Shown piece by piece: positions 26,593-38,809 of a DNA stretch of 64,000 nt. This stretch comes from Vicugna vicugna (Eukaryota), in NCBI GenBank assembly GCA_013265495.1, contig MU058065.1, positions 2,023,003 to 2,087,002 of the forward strand. The letters run 5' to 3'. A program made the translations under genes and the position numbers. A model generated the notes under the pieces. That model saw only the letters and a program-made list of their open reading frames with translations, ran no database searches and was not told the DNA's origin. Each line of letters begins with the position of its first letter. Position 1 is the first letter of the stretch.

Positions 26593-27979
26593 GTGGTTTT
26601 GTTGACACTAAGTGTAGTTTCCTGGCATAGTTTCCTGGCAGTCTTAACCAAAATATAAGCTTTCAGGGAAATATTTGGTTCTTCTGCTTTGGGTAGATCA
26701 AGGACTTTTCAGGGAGGTGTGGTGTCAGGTGTCCTGGTGGGCCTTTTTATGTAAACCCACCAGCATCTTAGAACTTCCTGACTGTAAGAACAATAGCTAA
26801 CTTATCTTGACTACTCGCTATGTGTCAAGCTATCTTCTAAGATCTCTGTGCATTAACTTATTTTAAATGACCATTAAAATTTTGGATAACTACTTGTTAA
26901 ATAAATGAAGGGCTTTGTGCCAGAGGCCTGGTGTATGGTAGGAACACAATGAGTTTTGCTTTGACTGTCATTATTATTTCTATTGGTTACGGACTTTGCA
27001 AGCTAGAGCTATGTGATGAGAGTGGTTTCTAAGCAGCTTTCACTCCTTAATGTAATAAAGTAGCGTTAAAGGTCACCATCATTTCCCTCTACCCTCTGTA
27101 TTAATAATTCCTTGTTTTATGTGGTAAATGTAAAAGGCTATTTTCCCCACCATGCTTTAAATTTCTGCAAATGTAAATTTAAAATTTAAATTTAGCTTCT
27201 ATTCCAAAGATTCTTACCTGGACTTTATAAGCAGCAGGACATCTTTGAAGTCTCTGAAACGGAATGGAAATTTGAATGTTCATGTGCACGTCTCCCTGGG
27301 GAGAATGTCAAGTGGCATCATCAAATTCTAGGTTTGTGACCTAGAAAAGGCTTAGAAAAGTTAGATGTGATGGATCTCCTCGCCACAAATATTTACTGAT
27401 AGTTCCTGATCCAACCTTTGCATTTTTCCGAGATGCTGAGTGATAAGACTTTTCTGGATGGTTGTGTCTTGCCCCTTGCTCAATGCTGTATCTCCCATGA
27501 GGTGGATTTCAGGAGGGAGCCCAAGTTGTCAACACACTTTCCTCCTGTCTGAGGGTGGCTCCTGGGGACAGATTTTCCATAGGAAAGCAGATTTGGTCAT
27601 TTCGGAGGCCCCCTGCTACTCGGGGCAGCTTCTCCATGACCTATCCTCCATCACTTTGTTTACTCTGAAGAGGTGGCTCCCACTTCTTCTGATTGTCTCT
27701 TTCTGGGGGAGATTAATGATGAAGTCCCATATCACCTTTATTATTTACTCATTTCCTCTAGCTGCCATTCTTGTTAATAGGACTTGTAAATAGCTTGAAT
27801 GTTCAGAAGCGATACTGAGCAATGGCAGTCTCCCACCTTTACATGATTCCATATCTGTCACCTAAATGATATCTCCATGCCATGTCTGTGCTTTGGCCAA
27901 GAGGCAGCATTTTCAGTTCATGCCAGGCATTCATCAGTCTTTAGGTATAAAACTCTGGGACACATTCCACCATGGAAGA

Positions 27980-28741
27980 ATTTTTTCCATAACCACCAAG
28001 ATATTCTCTGACACCAGCTGGGTGTCCTACAGTTCAGCTCAATTCTGACACCATGTGCCTGGAGATAGCACCAGATTCCACAGGTTAAGGACTCAGTCCT
28101 GCAACATTCCCCCTGTTCCCCTTCAGATGCCAAACTCAGGTTGTCCACTTTGCTTCTGACTCACTAGCTATAGATTGGAGGTGCCGATGACTCCCTCCTT
28201 GGGTTTGATTAATTTGCTAATTCGGCTCACAGAACTCATGGAAACAGTCTAGTTATTGGGTCATCAGTTTGTTATAAAAGGATATAACTCAGGATCAGCC
28301 AGGTGGAAGAGATGCATAGGGCAAGGTATAGGGAGGGCTCGGAGATTCCATGCCCCTTCTGAGTGCACCACTTTCCTGAGTTCTCTATACTCCACCAATC
28401 TGAAAGCTCTCCAAATCCTGTCTTTTTACGTTTCGATGGAGGCCTCATTACATAGGCAAGATTAGGTAACTCTTGGCCATTGGTGATTGATTCAACCTCC
28501 AGCCCCTCCCTACTTTACACCCCAGAGGTTAGGGGGTGGGACTGAAAGTTTCTACCCTCTAAACCCATGGTTGGTTCTCTTGACAATCAGCCCCCACCCT
28601 TGGGTTCAGTCCAAAAGTTACCTCATTAGCATAACAATTTGTTGCTCTCATCACTTAGGAAATTCCAAAGATCTTAGCAGCTCTGTGTCAGAAATGGGGA
28701 TAGAGGCCAAAGATAAAGCTCTTATTATAAATCACATCACA
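27980..28741 (-). mobile_element. MER21-family LTR, copy 2
   Basis: tgacaccagctgggtgtcctacagttcagctcaattctgacac; reverse complement of copy 1 motifs. Confidence 0.8.
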
Positions 28742-30004
28742 GGGTATTCACATGAAGTACAAATGCAGCCGGTCACCCTGTTTTGATCCCTCTTTTTCCC
28801 TGTGAATTTTCCCACACTTTCAGATAAGCTGTTTCCAGCAGAATGAATTGTTTCAGATAATGAGTTCCTGCCATGAGGCTGGAGCTGGGAAGAGTCCCCC
28901 AGAAGTCTGAGAGCTAAAGGAGCCAGCCAGGTGCACGGAGAAGCATCAACGGTCCTGCCTACCGTCCACTTCCAAACACCAAGTCTGCTGGAACAGAGGC
29001 AGGATTTGAATCAAAATGATGGATCCAGGTGTTCTAGGGCAAGCCAGGTGGGAGTCTTACAGAAGTGGACTGGGGACCAGTCTTAAGAGGTCACAGGGTC
29101 ACGATGGTATAAAGGGCTGTGGTCAAGATGGACAGCCCTTTTCATTCTTCCCATTAATCTCTGCATCATTATTACACAGGATTTGGGCTCTCCAATATTT
29201 GTACACATGTACACACACACACACACAGAGAAATGTGGTGTCTAAAGGGAATTTGGATTTTTTAACCAATATAATTGGAAAGAGAATCAAGTATCTTTTA
29301 AATTTTTCATGATTGTTATTATTATAAAAAAGCACAAACTACTGAACATTAAAAGTTTTGAAGAACTATTGCTTAAAAAGTTAAGTTAGATCTAATCCCA
29401 ACCTTAGAGATAATCATTGTTAACCATCTGGTGTCTATCCTTTTTCTAGATTTTTTTCTCCTATGCCTCACTAATATAAAATGAATATATATACACAAAA
29501 GTGCACTTATAGTTTATATAGGAATTAGACCAGGTCATAATATTGTTCCATAATTTTCAAACTGCAGGAATGAGTGCCTAAAATAATAATAGAAGTTTAT
29601 TTTCTTTGGTTTCTTTTCATATTTCTTTTCATGCATAGTAAAATATTAAAGGAGGCTAAGACATGAAAACTAAAGACCTAATTACAGTATAATCTGAATT
29701 TTTAAAAATCGCATTTCTACAAAATCTTAAGTGAGGGTACAAATGTTATGATTAGTAGCAAAGCTGATAATAGTAAGAGGTAACATTTATTGAATTTTTA
29801 TTCTGTCAAACCCCATTTTGAGCAATTTACAGGAATTAGTTCATTTAACCAGTGACGAGGAAATCTAAAAAGCAAAGAGCAAATAGGCAGTTATAACAAC
29901 TTGAGACGAATGCAAAGGGAACCTTGTGTGATGAGAAGGAAGTTAACAATGTTACCAGGTCCTAGACAGAGCCAGTGACATCTGGTAGTATGCAGAGCAC
30001 TTAG

Positions 30005-30128
30005 CAGGGAATGGGGGTATAGCTCAGTGGTAGAGCGTGTGCTTAGCATGCATGAGGTCCTGGGTTCTATCCCCAGTACCTCCATTAAAAAAGTACTAAA
30101 ATTTTTAAAAAATTAAAAAAAAACAAGA
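30005..30128 (+). mobile_element. tRNA-Ala-derived SINE (camelid Vic-1 type)
   Basis: tRNA-Ala(AGC)-like body at 30013-30084, A-rich tail, TSD atgcagagca(c/t)ttag at 29990-30004 and 30129-30143. Confidence 0.85.
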
Positions 30129-30355
30129 ATGCAGAGCATTTAGGGAAGATGCTGTCATTATCTTTTTAAGAGCAGATGTTATAAATTGTCTGTACAAATA
30201 TAATCTGTTCAATAATAACTATATAGCTAAATAAGTGGTGGTAGCTTGTATGTCTATCATTTAATTCACATTGATCATAAAAATGCCAACTTTGTTATTT
30301 TAATTTCTCATCCTTAATATAGTATTTAATTCACAATGACACAGAAACCCTTTAC

Positions 30356-30356
<1 letters not shown>

Positions 30357-30392
<36 letters not shown>
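30357..30392. repeat. (ATC)12 microsatellite
   Basis: Direct reading. Confidence 0.95.
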
Positions 30393-30394
<2 letters not shown>

Positions 30395-30641
30395 TTATAT
30401 GAAATCACTTAAAAACTTCAGTGGTGCATAAAGCTGGAATTATATTTATAAATCACAATCTTTGAAAATTTAAAATGCTGTCTAAAAGTGATAACTTGGC
30501 CAATATAAACCTGTTAGAAACAGTATAAACTCTAAAGTTTAGTATCTCTTCCAGCATTGGAGCATCTTGTTTCTACATCTGGGATCTGTAATTTCAGCGG
30601 AATGGAAATGAAAATTGCGTTCATGTTTTTCTTCCCCTCAG

Positions 30642-30755
30642 AGTCTGTAAAACTCTGCAAATTAACTCAGAAAGAGATTTTGCCTATTTCCTGGAAAGTC
30701 TGGTGGGAAATTTTATGGAAGTGTTCAGAATAATAGAGACAACAGAGCTCTTGCG
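30642..30755 (+). pseudogene. Exon, DH CR1-like: VCKTLQINSERDFAYFLESLVGNFMEVFRIIETTELL(R)
   Basis: Acceptor tttttcttcccctcag, donor CG|gtaagc; 114 nt, open only in the frame inherited from the previous exon. Resembles the DH first helix (E.L.SER.Y...L..L...FM). Confidence 0.7.
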
Positions 30756-31213
30756 GTAAGCAAAATTAAGTAAGTTAGTGAAGGGCTGAGAAAAAGAAAA
30801 GGGGATATTCTCGTACACAGAGCTGTCAGAAATTAGGAGTAGATTAGAGAAATCACTCTGAAGACTTTACTTTTCCAGGGAGTGGGGCTTCTCCTTAGAA
30901 ATAAAACTCATAAACACTCCTCTCCAGTCTTGAGACCCACTCATTGGTTAGTGTGGAATTAGCACAAGTTCAATGATGTGCGCATCTTTTACCACATTAT
31001 TTTAAAATTCTACATTTTCACATTTTACTCGTCTTCTACATCAGAATATTTAAAAACTATTTTGAAATATAAAATAATAACTACTGTATGCCAAAATACA
31101 GCTATTTTTTATAATCTTTGACTTAAAACCCTTTAGAAAGTGGTCCTGATTGAATGGGACACCACAAATTTAGTCTACATTTTTAAAACCCCACAATCCT
31201 CTCTTATTCAGTA

Positions 31214-31603
31214 TTTTATTTTATTTATTTTTTATTGAGGTATAGTTGATGTATAATATTATAGAAGTTTCAGGTGTACGACATAGTGGTTAATAATTTT
31301 TAAAGGTTCTGTTCCATTCATAGTTATTATAAAAATGGCTGTATTCCCTCTGTCATACAGTATACCCTCATAGCTTATTTATTTTATGTGTAGTAGCTTG
31401 TACCTGTTAACTCCCTACCTCTCTCCTGCCCCTCCTCCCCCCCTCTCCCCACTGGTCACCACTAGTTCATGCTCCGTATTTGTGAGTCTGCTTCTTTTGT
31501 TATATTCTCTAGTTTGTTTTATTTTTTAAATTCCACATGCAAGGGCTATCATACAGCATTTGCCTTTCTCTGTCTGACTTATTTCACTTGGCAATACCCT
31601 GCA
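31214..31603 (-). mobile_element. L1 3' end fragment
   Basis: ttttattgaggtatagttgatgtataatatt..ctgtctgacttatttcacttg; degenerate TSD. Confidence 0.8.
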
Positions 31604-31652
31604 AGTCTCATTCCGTTATTTTAAATAATTTCCGTGTTTGGGTTCCTTTCAG

Positions 31653-31829
31653 AAGAATGTTCATGGGAGTACTTTGGTACAGCTGATGGAAAAGAATTGT
31701 CATATAAACCATTTCTGGTGCTGTGGACCTAACTCTGTCAACAGCTTTACTCCAAAAATACAATTTCAAAACATTTAAAATACATGAACCATCATACGTC
31801 TATTTTCATTCCCAATGAAACACACCTGG
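31653..31829 (+). pseudogene. Exon, DH middle: RMFMGVLWYS*WKRIVI*TISGAVDLTLSTALLQKYNFKTFKIHEPSYVYFHSQ*NTP(G)
   Basis: Acceptor ggttcctttcag, donor GG|gtaagt; 177 nt, phase 2 to 2; stops at 31684, 31705 and 31816. Confidence 0.6.
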
Positions 31830-33231
31830 GTAAGTTTGTGTCACTGATGAAGGTCACTGTTATCCCCTTTTTCCTTTTGGAATTAGCCTTGATATTTTTC
31901 CTTCAGGCTAATTAAGGGTAGATTTGGCAAATGCTGTATAAATTGCACATTCCTCACTTAGTTTACATGTTTGGCCCCAGTTTTCACATCACTTTGAATA
32001 ACTGAGTTGAGGGAACATGCATTTTGATGTTTATGGACACATAAGATACACATTTACTACCAACGCCTCCCCTGTCATTTATACAGTGAAGGATTCTTAG
32101 CTTCTTTTATCCACATATCACTAATTTTATACCCATTAATCCTACCTTCTGAGGAAAAGGAAGGGTGTTGCCTACTTATCTTTCAGTCATTACATCTCCC
32201 ATTCCACCTGCAGGACTTTGCTGTAAAGATGACAGTCATTCAGGGACTTACTGGTTTGGCTTCCAGTGATCTGGAAAAACACTGAGAGGTTACTTTCCAG
32301 TGCTGATAGAATTGTTCTACCAGACCAAGAGCACGCACTGAGATCTTCTACCTTTATTGAACTTGTAAAAAAGTAAATTTGCCCAGAAGTGAACATTTAA
32401 GCCCCCTGAATAGTTCCAGGTGGTTAGTAAACAACATTGATAATAGCTTCCAGAAGCCAAGGGTTTTCTTGCCCCAGCTCTATACTAAGTCATCTCTGTT
32501 CTTTCTCTTCTATAAACCTCACAACATTCCTACATTAGTCCCATTTTACAGAGGAGGAACACAAAGGAGTTTTAGTGCTTGACCAAAGTCACATGAACAA
32601 TGGACCAAGTCAATCTTTGAACTTGTCTGACCTTGAAACCCTGGCTTACATGACCTTCCATCTTCTTACCACTATTGATCAGTTCCACAAGTCATCAGAA
32701 TCAATCGAAGACTCTATGTTAATCCAATAATGTCATCTTTTCTTAAGTTAAAAGTTCACACCATCATGAGGACAGCATCTGTTTCCTAAGTAATGATTGT
32801 GGTCCAGACACTTGGCTGGACAGTTCCTTGTACTTTCATCTACTTGTAATGACAGCTCTGCAAGTGAGCATTATTCTCTCCATGACTCCAGGTAAGGCAT
32901 TGACACCCAGGTTGGTAATTGTCCTTGGTCACACAACAAACTCAGGACAGGGCCAGGATTCAGCCCATCCCTGCTACTGATGCACAGTGAAGTTTTCCTG
33001 GAGCTGATGGTGCTGTTTGATGACAGTCAATGTTCTAATTCACATTCACACTTTGCCCTTGACCGACCAACCAGATTCTTTCTTTCAGCACATGTTGACT
33101 TGACTTTCTAACACACCACACCAATAAATCTGGGCAGAGCTTTACAGGAAGTATTTTGAAGGGCTAGACTTTTGAGTCTTTTAATTTTTTTTTTCATGGC
33201 CAAGTAGATTTTTGTATTTCTATTTTTTAAG

Positions 33232-33292
33232 GAGCTTTACCTTTTGCTTCAGTACAGGGAATCTCAGAAGAGTCTTGCACATATGTGGATCA
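33232..33292 (+). pseudogene. Exon: SFTFCFSTGNLRRVLHICGS
   Basis: Acceptor tttctattttttaag, donor TCA|gtaagt; phase 2 to 0. Confidence 0.6.
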
Positions 33293-34318
33293 GTAAGTGC
33301 AAATTTCAAAGTTTTGGGCCTGCCATTTAAAAAAAATAAAAGTTAATCTTTCCTATAAGAATACACTAAAATTAAATACGGAGGTTTAACTTGCCTTAAG
33401 GGGTGGAAATTAGTTTGAAAATCTTGTGGTTTTCTTTGTCTTGACCTGAATGTATATTTCTACCGTGAAAATTGACATTTGTTTCTGGAGACTCTCAGAG
33501 AACCAAAGGAAAAACACTTACTCCTGGACATCTAATATAGTGCCATTCACACATTCTGCACTCAGCACATACGTTGGTGCAGACTTCTTCCCCCTCAATC
33601 AAACACATCAAATCCACACCTTGTAATAACAAGGCTTCAGCCTCACTTTGTCAACCAACTCCCTGAAGAGGCCTGAGTGTGGAAACAATATGGTGGGTTG
33701 ACCTGACTGAAGTTGGGTTTGGCAGCTGAACCCTCTTGGATGTAGGGAAGCTGAGCTTCGGGCTTCAGGACTTTCCAGGCCATCAGAGCCTAGATGTACT
33801 GCTGAGTTGAAAAGACACTACCCAACTTCCCAGATGAGGGACAATTTTGGAGCCAGGTCACTTCCTCAGATCCCTCTTTTGGATTGTCCTCAGACGCCAC
33901 CAGACATGCACTTTCTTGTGGTCTCTGCAACCTCCCATGTTTACCTCACTTCCTGTCTCCTCCAGAGCCTCCTGAATTACTCAACTCCATGTGGATCTCC
34001 CATCCGCAAACTGCTGTCAGCCATTAATTTCCATGTATTTGTTGTTTTATGTCCCATCATTTCGTCTCGACTGACTTCCCCTGGGACACGCATGCTGCCC
34101 AACACTCCTGTTATGCACCGCAGCCCTGAGGAGCCAGCAAATGGCACCTTGCACCCTTTCATGATGGTCCTCCTTCACTTGGCATAATGCGTTTGCGCTT
34201 CTTCCACGTGGTTGTGTGTACCAGTAGTTTATCCCTTTTTACTGCTAAGTGTGCATATTCCTTTGTGGACTGTTGGATTCTGGGTTTTACAGGGAGTGTG
34301 GGGATCTGAGGTCACTAT

Positions 34319-34356
34319 TACTGCCCTGTGTGTGACTTACTGCCCTGTGTGTGACA
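34319..34356. repeat. Tandem duplication of tactgccctgtgtgtgac
   Basis: Direct reading. Confidence 0.85.
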
Positions 34357-34959
34357 GTGACCTTGCCACCCTGCCCGTGACAGGCATGCAGCCCTGTATG
34401 TCTAATGTCTGACAAGTACCGCCTTCCATACCAGGACCTCGGTTACAAGAAATATGGGGAGGGATCGGCTGACTGAGGTGCAGGAAGAGGTGACATGTTG
34501 CCTGGTGACATCTGGGATTTATATTTGGGGGTTGAGAAATGTGAGCAGAGGCCACCATGTGGAGCATTAATCCCTCCCTGGGTGCAGGTGCAATGGGAAT
34601 ACTCTTTTTTTTTTTTAACCTGCATTACTGTAATTTGATGGCACACCCCTATCAAATGTACAGAAATAAACACAAAAAGATAAATGTGAAGAAGGAAGTT
34701 GACAGGAAAATAAGAGATACTTTAGTGTTTACAGTATACTTGCCACACATCGAAGTTTCCAAATACCTTGCCTAGGTCGGAGCCAGGAAATGTCTTGAGA
34801 CCATATCCCAACGAGGTAGGTACTTGGAAAACCCCAGATCTGTCTCCAAGACTGTCTTTAATCATTTGGAGCCACAGTTTCCCAGAGTCCCACCCCTTCT
34901 CTGCTCTGCCTCCTGCTCTCAGCGGGGTGTTTAGAATGACCTCTTTCCCTGTCTCTGTG

Positions 34960-35260
34960 TCTCTGCCCTGGGCCCTACATTTATTCTAACCCAGCAGCTG
35001 TAGTGATCCCCAGTGGACAAAGCAGATCTCTTATTCCTCTGCTCAAACCATGGGCTGATGGTCATTTCCCTTGGAGGACAAGCCATGGTCCTTACAGTGG
35101 CCCGCAGGGTCCCACCCAGCCTGACCTCACTCCGCTCACTCTGGGGCAGGCACACTGACTCTGTGATGTTCCAGGACATTATTCCCTCACCTCCTTCAAA
35201 TCTTTGCTTGAGCCACCTCTTCAATGATGTCCACTCTGTCCTCCACATCTAAAATTTTAA
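34960..35260 (+). mobile_element. L2 fragment
   Basis: ctctgctcaaacc..gtccttacagtggccc..ctccttcaaatctttgctt. Confidence 0.55.
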
Positions 35261-35339
35261 CTTTCCCTCACTCCCATTCCAGGAGCTCTAGATCACTTTT
35301 ACTGTATTTTTTCCCTACTTGCTGAGAACTGTAAACTTT

Positions 35340-35449
35340 CTCTTTTTTTGGGGGGGAGGGGGAAGGACAAGTAATTAAGTTTATTTATTTATTAATTTCT
35401 TAATGGAGGTACTGGGGATTGAACCCAGGACTGAGCTATACCCTCCCTT
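35340..35449 (-). mobile_element. tRNA-Ala-derived SINE with internal deletion
   Basis: atggaggtactggggattgaacccaggac|tgagctataccc; degenerate TSD ctgagaactgtaaact / ctgagagctctaaact. Confidence 0.8.
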
Positions 35450-35488
35450 CTGAGAGCTCTAAACTCTTATGATGATGCATAGATTCTT

Positions 35489-36261
35489 TTTTGAGGGGGG
35501 AGAATCTCATGGTTCATTTTTATTTTTATTTACTTTTTATTGAAGTACAGTCAATTACAGTGTATCAATCTCTTGTGCACAGCATAATGTCCCAGTCATA
35601 CATATATATACATATATTCATTTTCATTTTTTTTCCGTTAAAGGTTATTACAAGATATTGAATACAGTTCCATGTGCTATACAAAATAAACTTTTTAAAA
35701 AATCTATTTTTATATAGAGTAGCTGACATTTGTAAATCTCAAACTCCCAAATTTATCCTTCCCACCCCCTTTCCCTGGTAACCATAAGATTGTTTACTAA
35801 GTCTGAGTCTGTTTCTGTTTTGTAGATGAGTTCATAGTGTCCTTTTTTTTTTTAAGATTCCATATATGAGTGATATCATATGGTATTTCTTTTTTCTCTT
35901 TCTGGTTTACTTCACTTAGAATAATAATCTCTAGGTCCATCCATGTTGCTGCAAATGGCATTATTTTATTCTTTTTTTGTTTTCTTTTGTCTATGTTTTC
36001 TTCTAGGAGATTTATCATGTCTTGTCTTATATTTAAGTCTTTAAGCCATTTTGAGTTTATTTTTGTGTATGGAGTGAGAGAGAGTTCTAACTTCATTGAT
36101 TTACATGCTGCTATCCAGTTTTCCCAACACCGGTTGCTTAAAAGACTGCCTTTTCTCCAATGGATATTCTTGCCTCCTTTGTCGAAGATTAATTGACCAT
36201 AGGTCTGTAGATTTATTTCTGGGCTCTCTATTCTGTTCCATTGATCCATATGTCTGTTTTT
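35489..36261 (-). mobile_element. Young 5'-truncated L1 (ORF2 C-terminus + 3'UTR) with internal deletion
   Basis: ORF2 peptide [39 protein letters not shown]; perfect 17-bp TSD atgatgcatagattctt at 35472-35488 and 36262-36278. Confidence 0.92.
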
Positions 36262-36344
36262 ATGATGCATAGATTCTTGATATAGCTTCAAGACTAAGAT
36301 GAATCGTATTTCTAAGCTGTTATCCATAATTCAGATTCTTTGGT

Positions 36345-36745
36345 TCACTTTGAAGCCAGGCACTGTGATAGATGCTGGGATGAGGGCTTCACTAGTAACG
36401 TGGGCAGGGAGGTATAGAGGCAGCTCTGAAAATGAAGGAGGTGACAATAACGGAAAGGTCAGGGAACAATTCTGAACAAGCAGCTTCTGCATTCTGGCAG
36501 AAGGATGAGTGAAAGTTTGCAAATCAGACAAGGAGAGGGTATTGTTACATGTAAATAAAACCAGAAGTGGAAAAGCCATCGAGCCATGGAACCACACTGG
36601 GACTAGACCACAGAAGTGAAATATTGTTTGAGAGACGAGGGCAGGTCAGAGTAGTGTCACAGAGGCAGGACACAAGGTTGGATGGGTGGGAGGGGGCCAG
36701 ATCATAAAGAGCCTTTATATCCTACTAAGGAGTCTGGGTTTGATC
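36345..36745 (-). mobile_element. L2 fragment
   Basis: gccaggcactgtgatagatgctggga..ggccagatcataaagagccttt..aggagtctgggtttgatcct. Confidence 0.5.
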
Positions 36746-38409
36746 CTACAAGGTCACTAATGCAACCTAATTTAGGGAGTCTGCTAACTTGTTCAATATT
36801 AGGGACATATCTTAGCTTGACCATGATATCTTTGATTACGAGATGTTTAATTTTCTCTACTTAGTCTAAATCTGAGGTCTGTTATGCACATAGGAAGTTG
36901 AGGATCTAGAGAACACAGTTGCCCTGCATGCTTTCAACCAAACATTCTTGTGTAAATCTGTGCACAGGTCAAATGAAAAGCTACTTTGCTGCATCACACT
37001 CTCTTCAGGTGTGTGGCAAGGAACTCATAATTTAGCATATTTAAGAGATTTCTCCACCAGAAATAACCACACTGAGATAATTGGGTTTTCAATAACCCCT
37101 TTCTTAAAGTGCAGAGTTTCCTTTAGCCATTTCAATAAATCAAGATTCTCAGGAGAAAACAAAGCAAAAAAAAAAAAAATCAATCTCTACAATCTTTCTC
37201 TTTGTACCTCCTCATTTCTGCTCCCCAGGATCCAAAATTTAATCTCCTTCCTCCTCCCACCTTTTTTGGTAGTATTTTCTCCCTTAACAACCTCCAGATA
37301 GCTTTGGACCTGAGTTGAGTGTGTTTCAATGATTCAGGCTATTTAGGCCACAGGTGAGTTCTCCTGTGGCCCAATTATGACACAAAGCAAAATTATCCTT
37401 CCCAATGATTCTGTTGATCCCTGGAACACTCTGGGAGTCATGGAAGATGTCAGCGCAGGTGTGCCTGCGGTTTATATAGACAGTAACACAGTCACGAATA
37501 TCCAAAGTGAAAATAGAATAAACCATTTTGTTAACTATTGGGTTTAAAGGCTTTCCTACAAGTGTAGTGATCAAGTGACCAGAGGTCACATTTTTTTTCA
37601 GGACTCTTTTCACTTATTAAAATGAGCTGTTTTGTCTAGATGGGTTTAACTGCCAGGCAAATGACGTGCATAGGGATCACGGATCAATGATGTGTCCACT
37701 GAGTCCTTAGTGCAAAAGATTTATGGGGGATGCAAGAATTCACTGACCAAAAATTCACTTTTACTTGTTGGAAACTATGGAAGGGCACTTTAAAATAATC
37801 TAAGCAATCCATTTTAGTATTTGATGAGATGTTCAAGTTTTATCCCCTTGCAAAATCAAAATCTGCTGCTTATTATGTTAATGTGGTATTTGCAAAGCTA
37901 ATGCCATGATTTCAAGCCCAAAGACTCCCCAGACCCTTGCAAATCAATCAAAGAAAAGTCAGGCATTCAATCTGCAAAGGGGAAAGGCCCATATATCTAC
38001 AAGTCACTGTCAAGCCGAGACAGATAAGACATGAGGCCTGATGAACTGGGTTCTTGTCCTAGCTTCATCAACAATTAAACTGTCTGAGCTTCAGTTTTCC
38101 TTTTCCTTTTCAATCTATAAAATAAAGGAATAAACATACTTTATTTAATTAAAATCAAATATCTTAGAATTCCATCTATAAATCATCCTTTCACTCTTCT
38201 TCCCAGTCACAGAACTTTCTGCTTGTAACTTTCAAGGACAAACTCACAGCCTGGGGACTTAAATTACATCACACCCCTGAGTTAAAAAATGAGACTAATT
38301 AAAAACATAAATCTCTAAATTGACGGGCTTAAGCATTTTCCTATAGCTTTCATTTATTTGTACCATTGGGTGATTAATAACAAACAATAAGCATTTTTAA
38401 TAAGTATCA

Positions 38410-38503
38410 GACAGTTAAATGAGAATTTCTAGGAACTGGCCTGGGCATAAGTATTTTTGAAAGCTCCCCAGATACGTTAACGGGCAGCCAGGATTGAGAA
38501 CAC
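38410..38503. mobile_element. MER5-like DNA transposon fragment
   Basis: gtatttttgaaagctccccag..gcagccaggattgagaac. Confidence 0.55.
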
Positions 38504-38544
38504 TTACCGTATAGGTATTCTGGTCTTTCCTCTTCACGTTCTAG

Positions 38545-38739
38545 GTGAGGTCCACTGTGCAGCTAGGTATCCAGACCAAAATAATGATTCAGCCGAACTA
38601 ACTCATGCACGAGAGAGCAGTCTCTGAGTATTTGCAAGTGGATAGCTAAAGTGAGAGATCTTTGAGAAAGAAAACTCAACTGCATGGACGATCTGCCCTC
38701 CATTTTCTTGCCAAAATACAAAACCACTGCAAGGATGAA
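38545..38739 (+). pseudogene. Exon, DH CR3/C-terminal helix-like: VRSTVQLGIQTKIMIQPN*LMHERAVSEYLQVDS*SERSLRKKTQLHGRSALHFLAKIQNHCKDE
   Basis: Acceptor ctttcctcttcacgttctag, weak donor GAA|gttaga; phase 0 to 0; stops at 38599 and 38647. The 3' boundary is inferred from phase. Confidence 0.5.
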
Positions 38740-38778
38740 GTTAGAGGAAATGGAAAGACAGTGGTTTTAGATTTAGAT

Positions 38779-38809
<31 letters not shown>

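Noticed and set aside
30013..30084. Functional tRNA-Ala(AGC) gene
   Set aside because: A-rich tail, 15-bp TSD, altered T-loop (TTCTATC) and sibling copies identify it as a SINE.
33232..33292. Alternative frame ELYLLLQYRESQKSLAHMWI
   Set aside because: It looks protein-like but is phase-incompatible with both neighbouring exons in the model; it cannot be excluded if compensating indels exist.
35797..36327. 176-aa ORF as a host gene
   Set aside because: It is a deleted L1 ORF2 fragment running out through the TSD.
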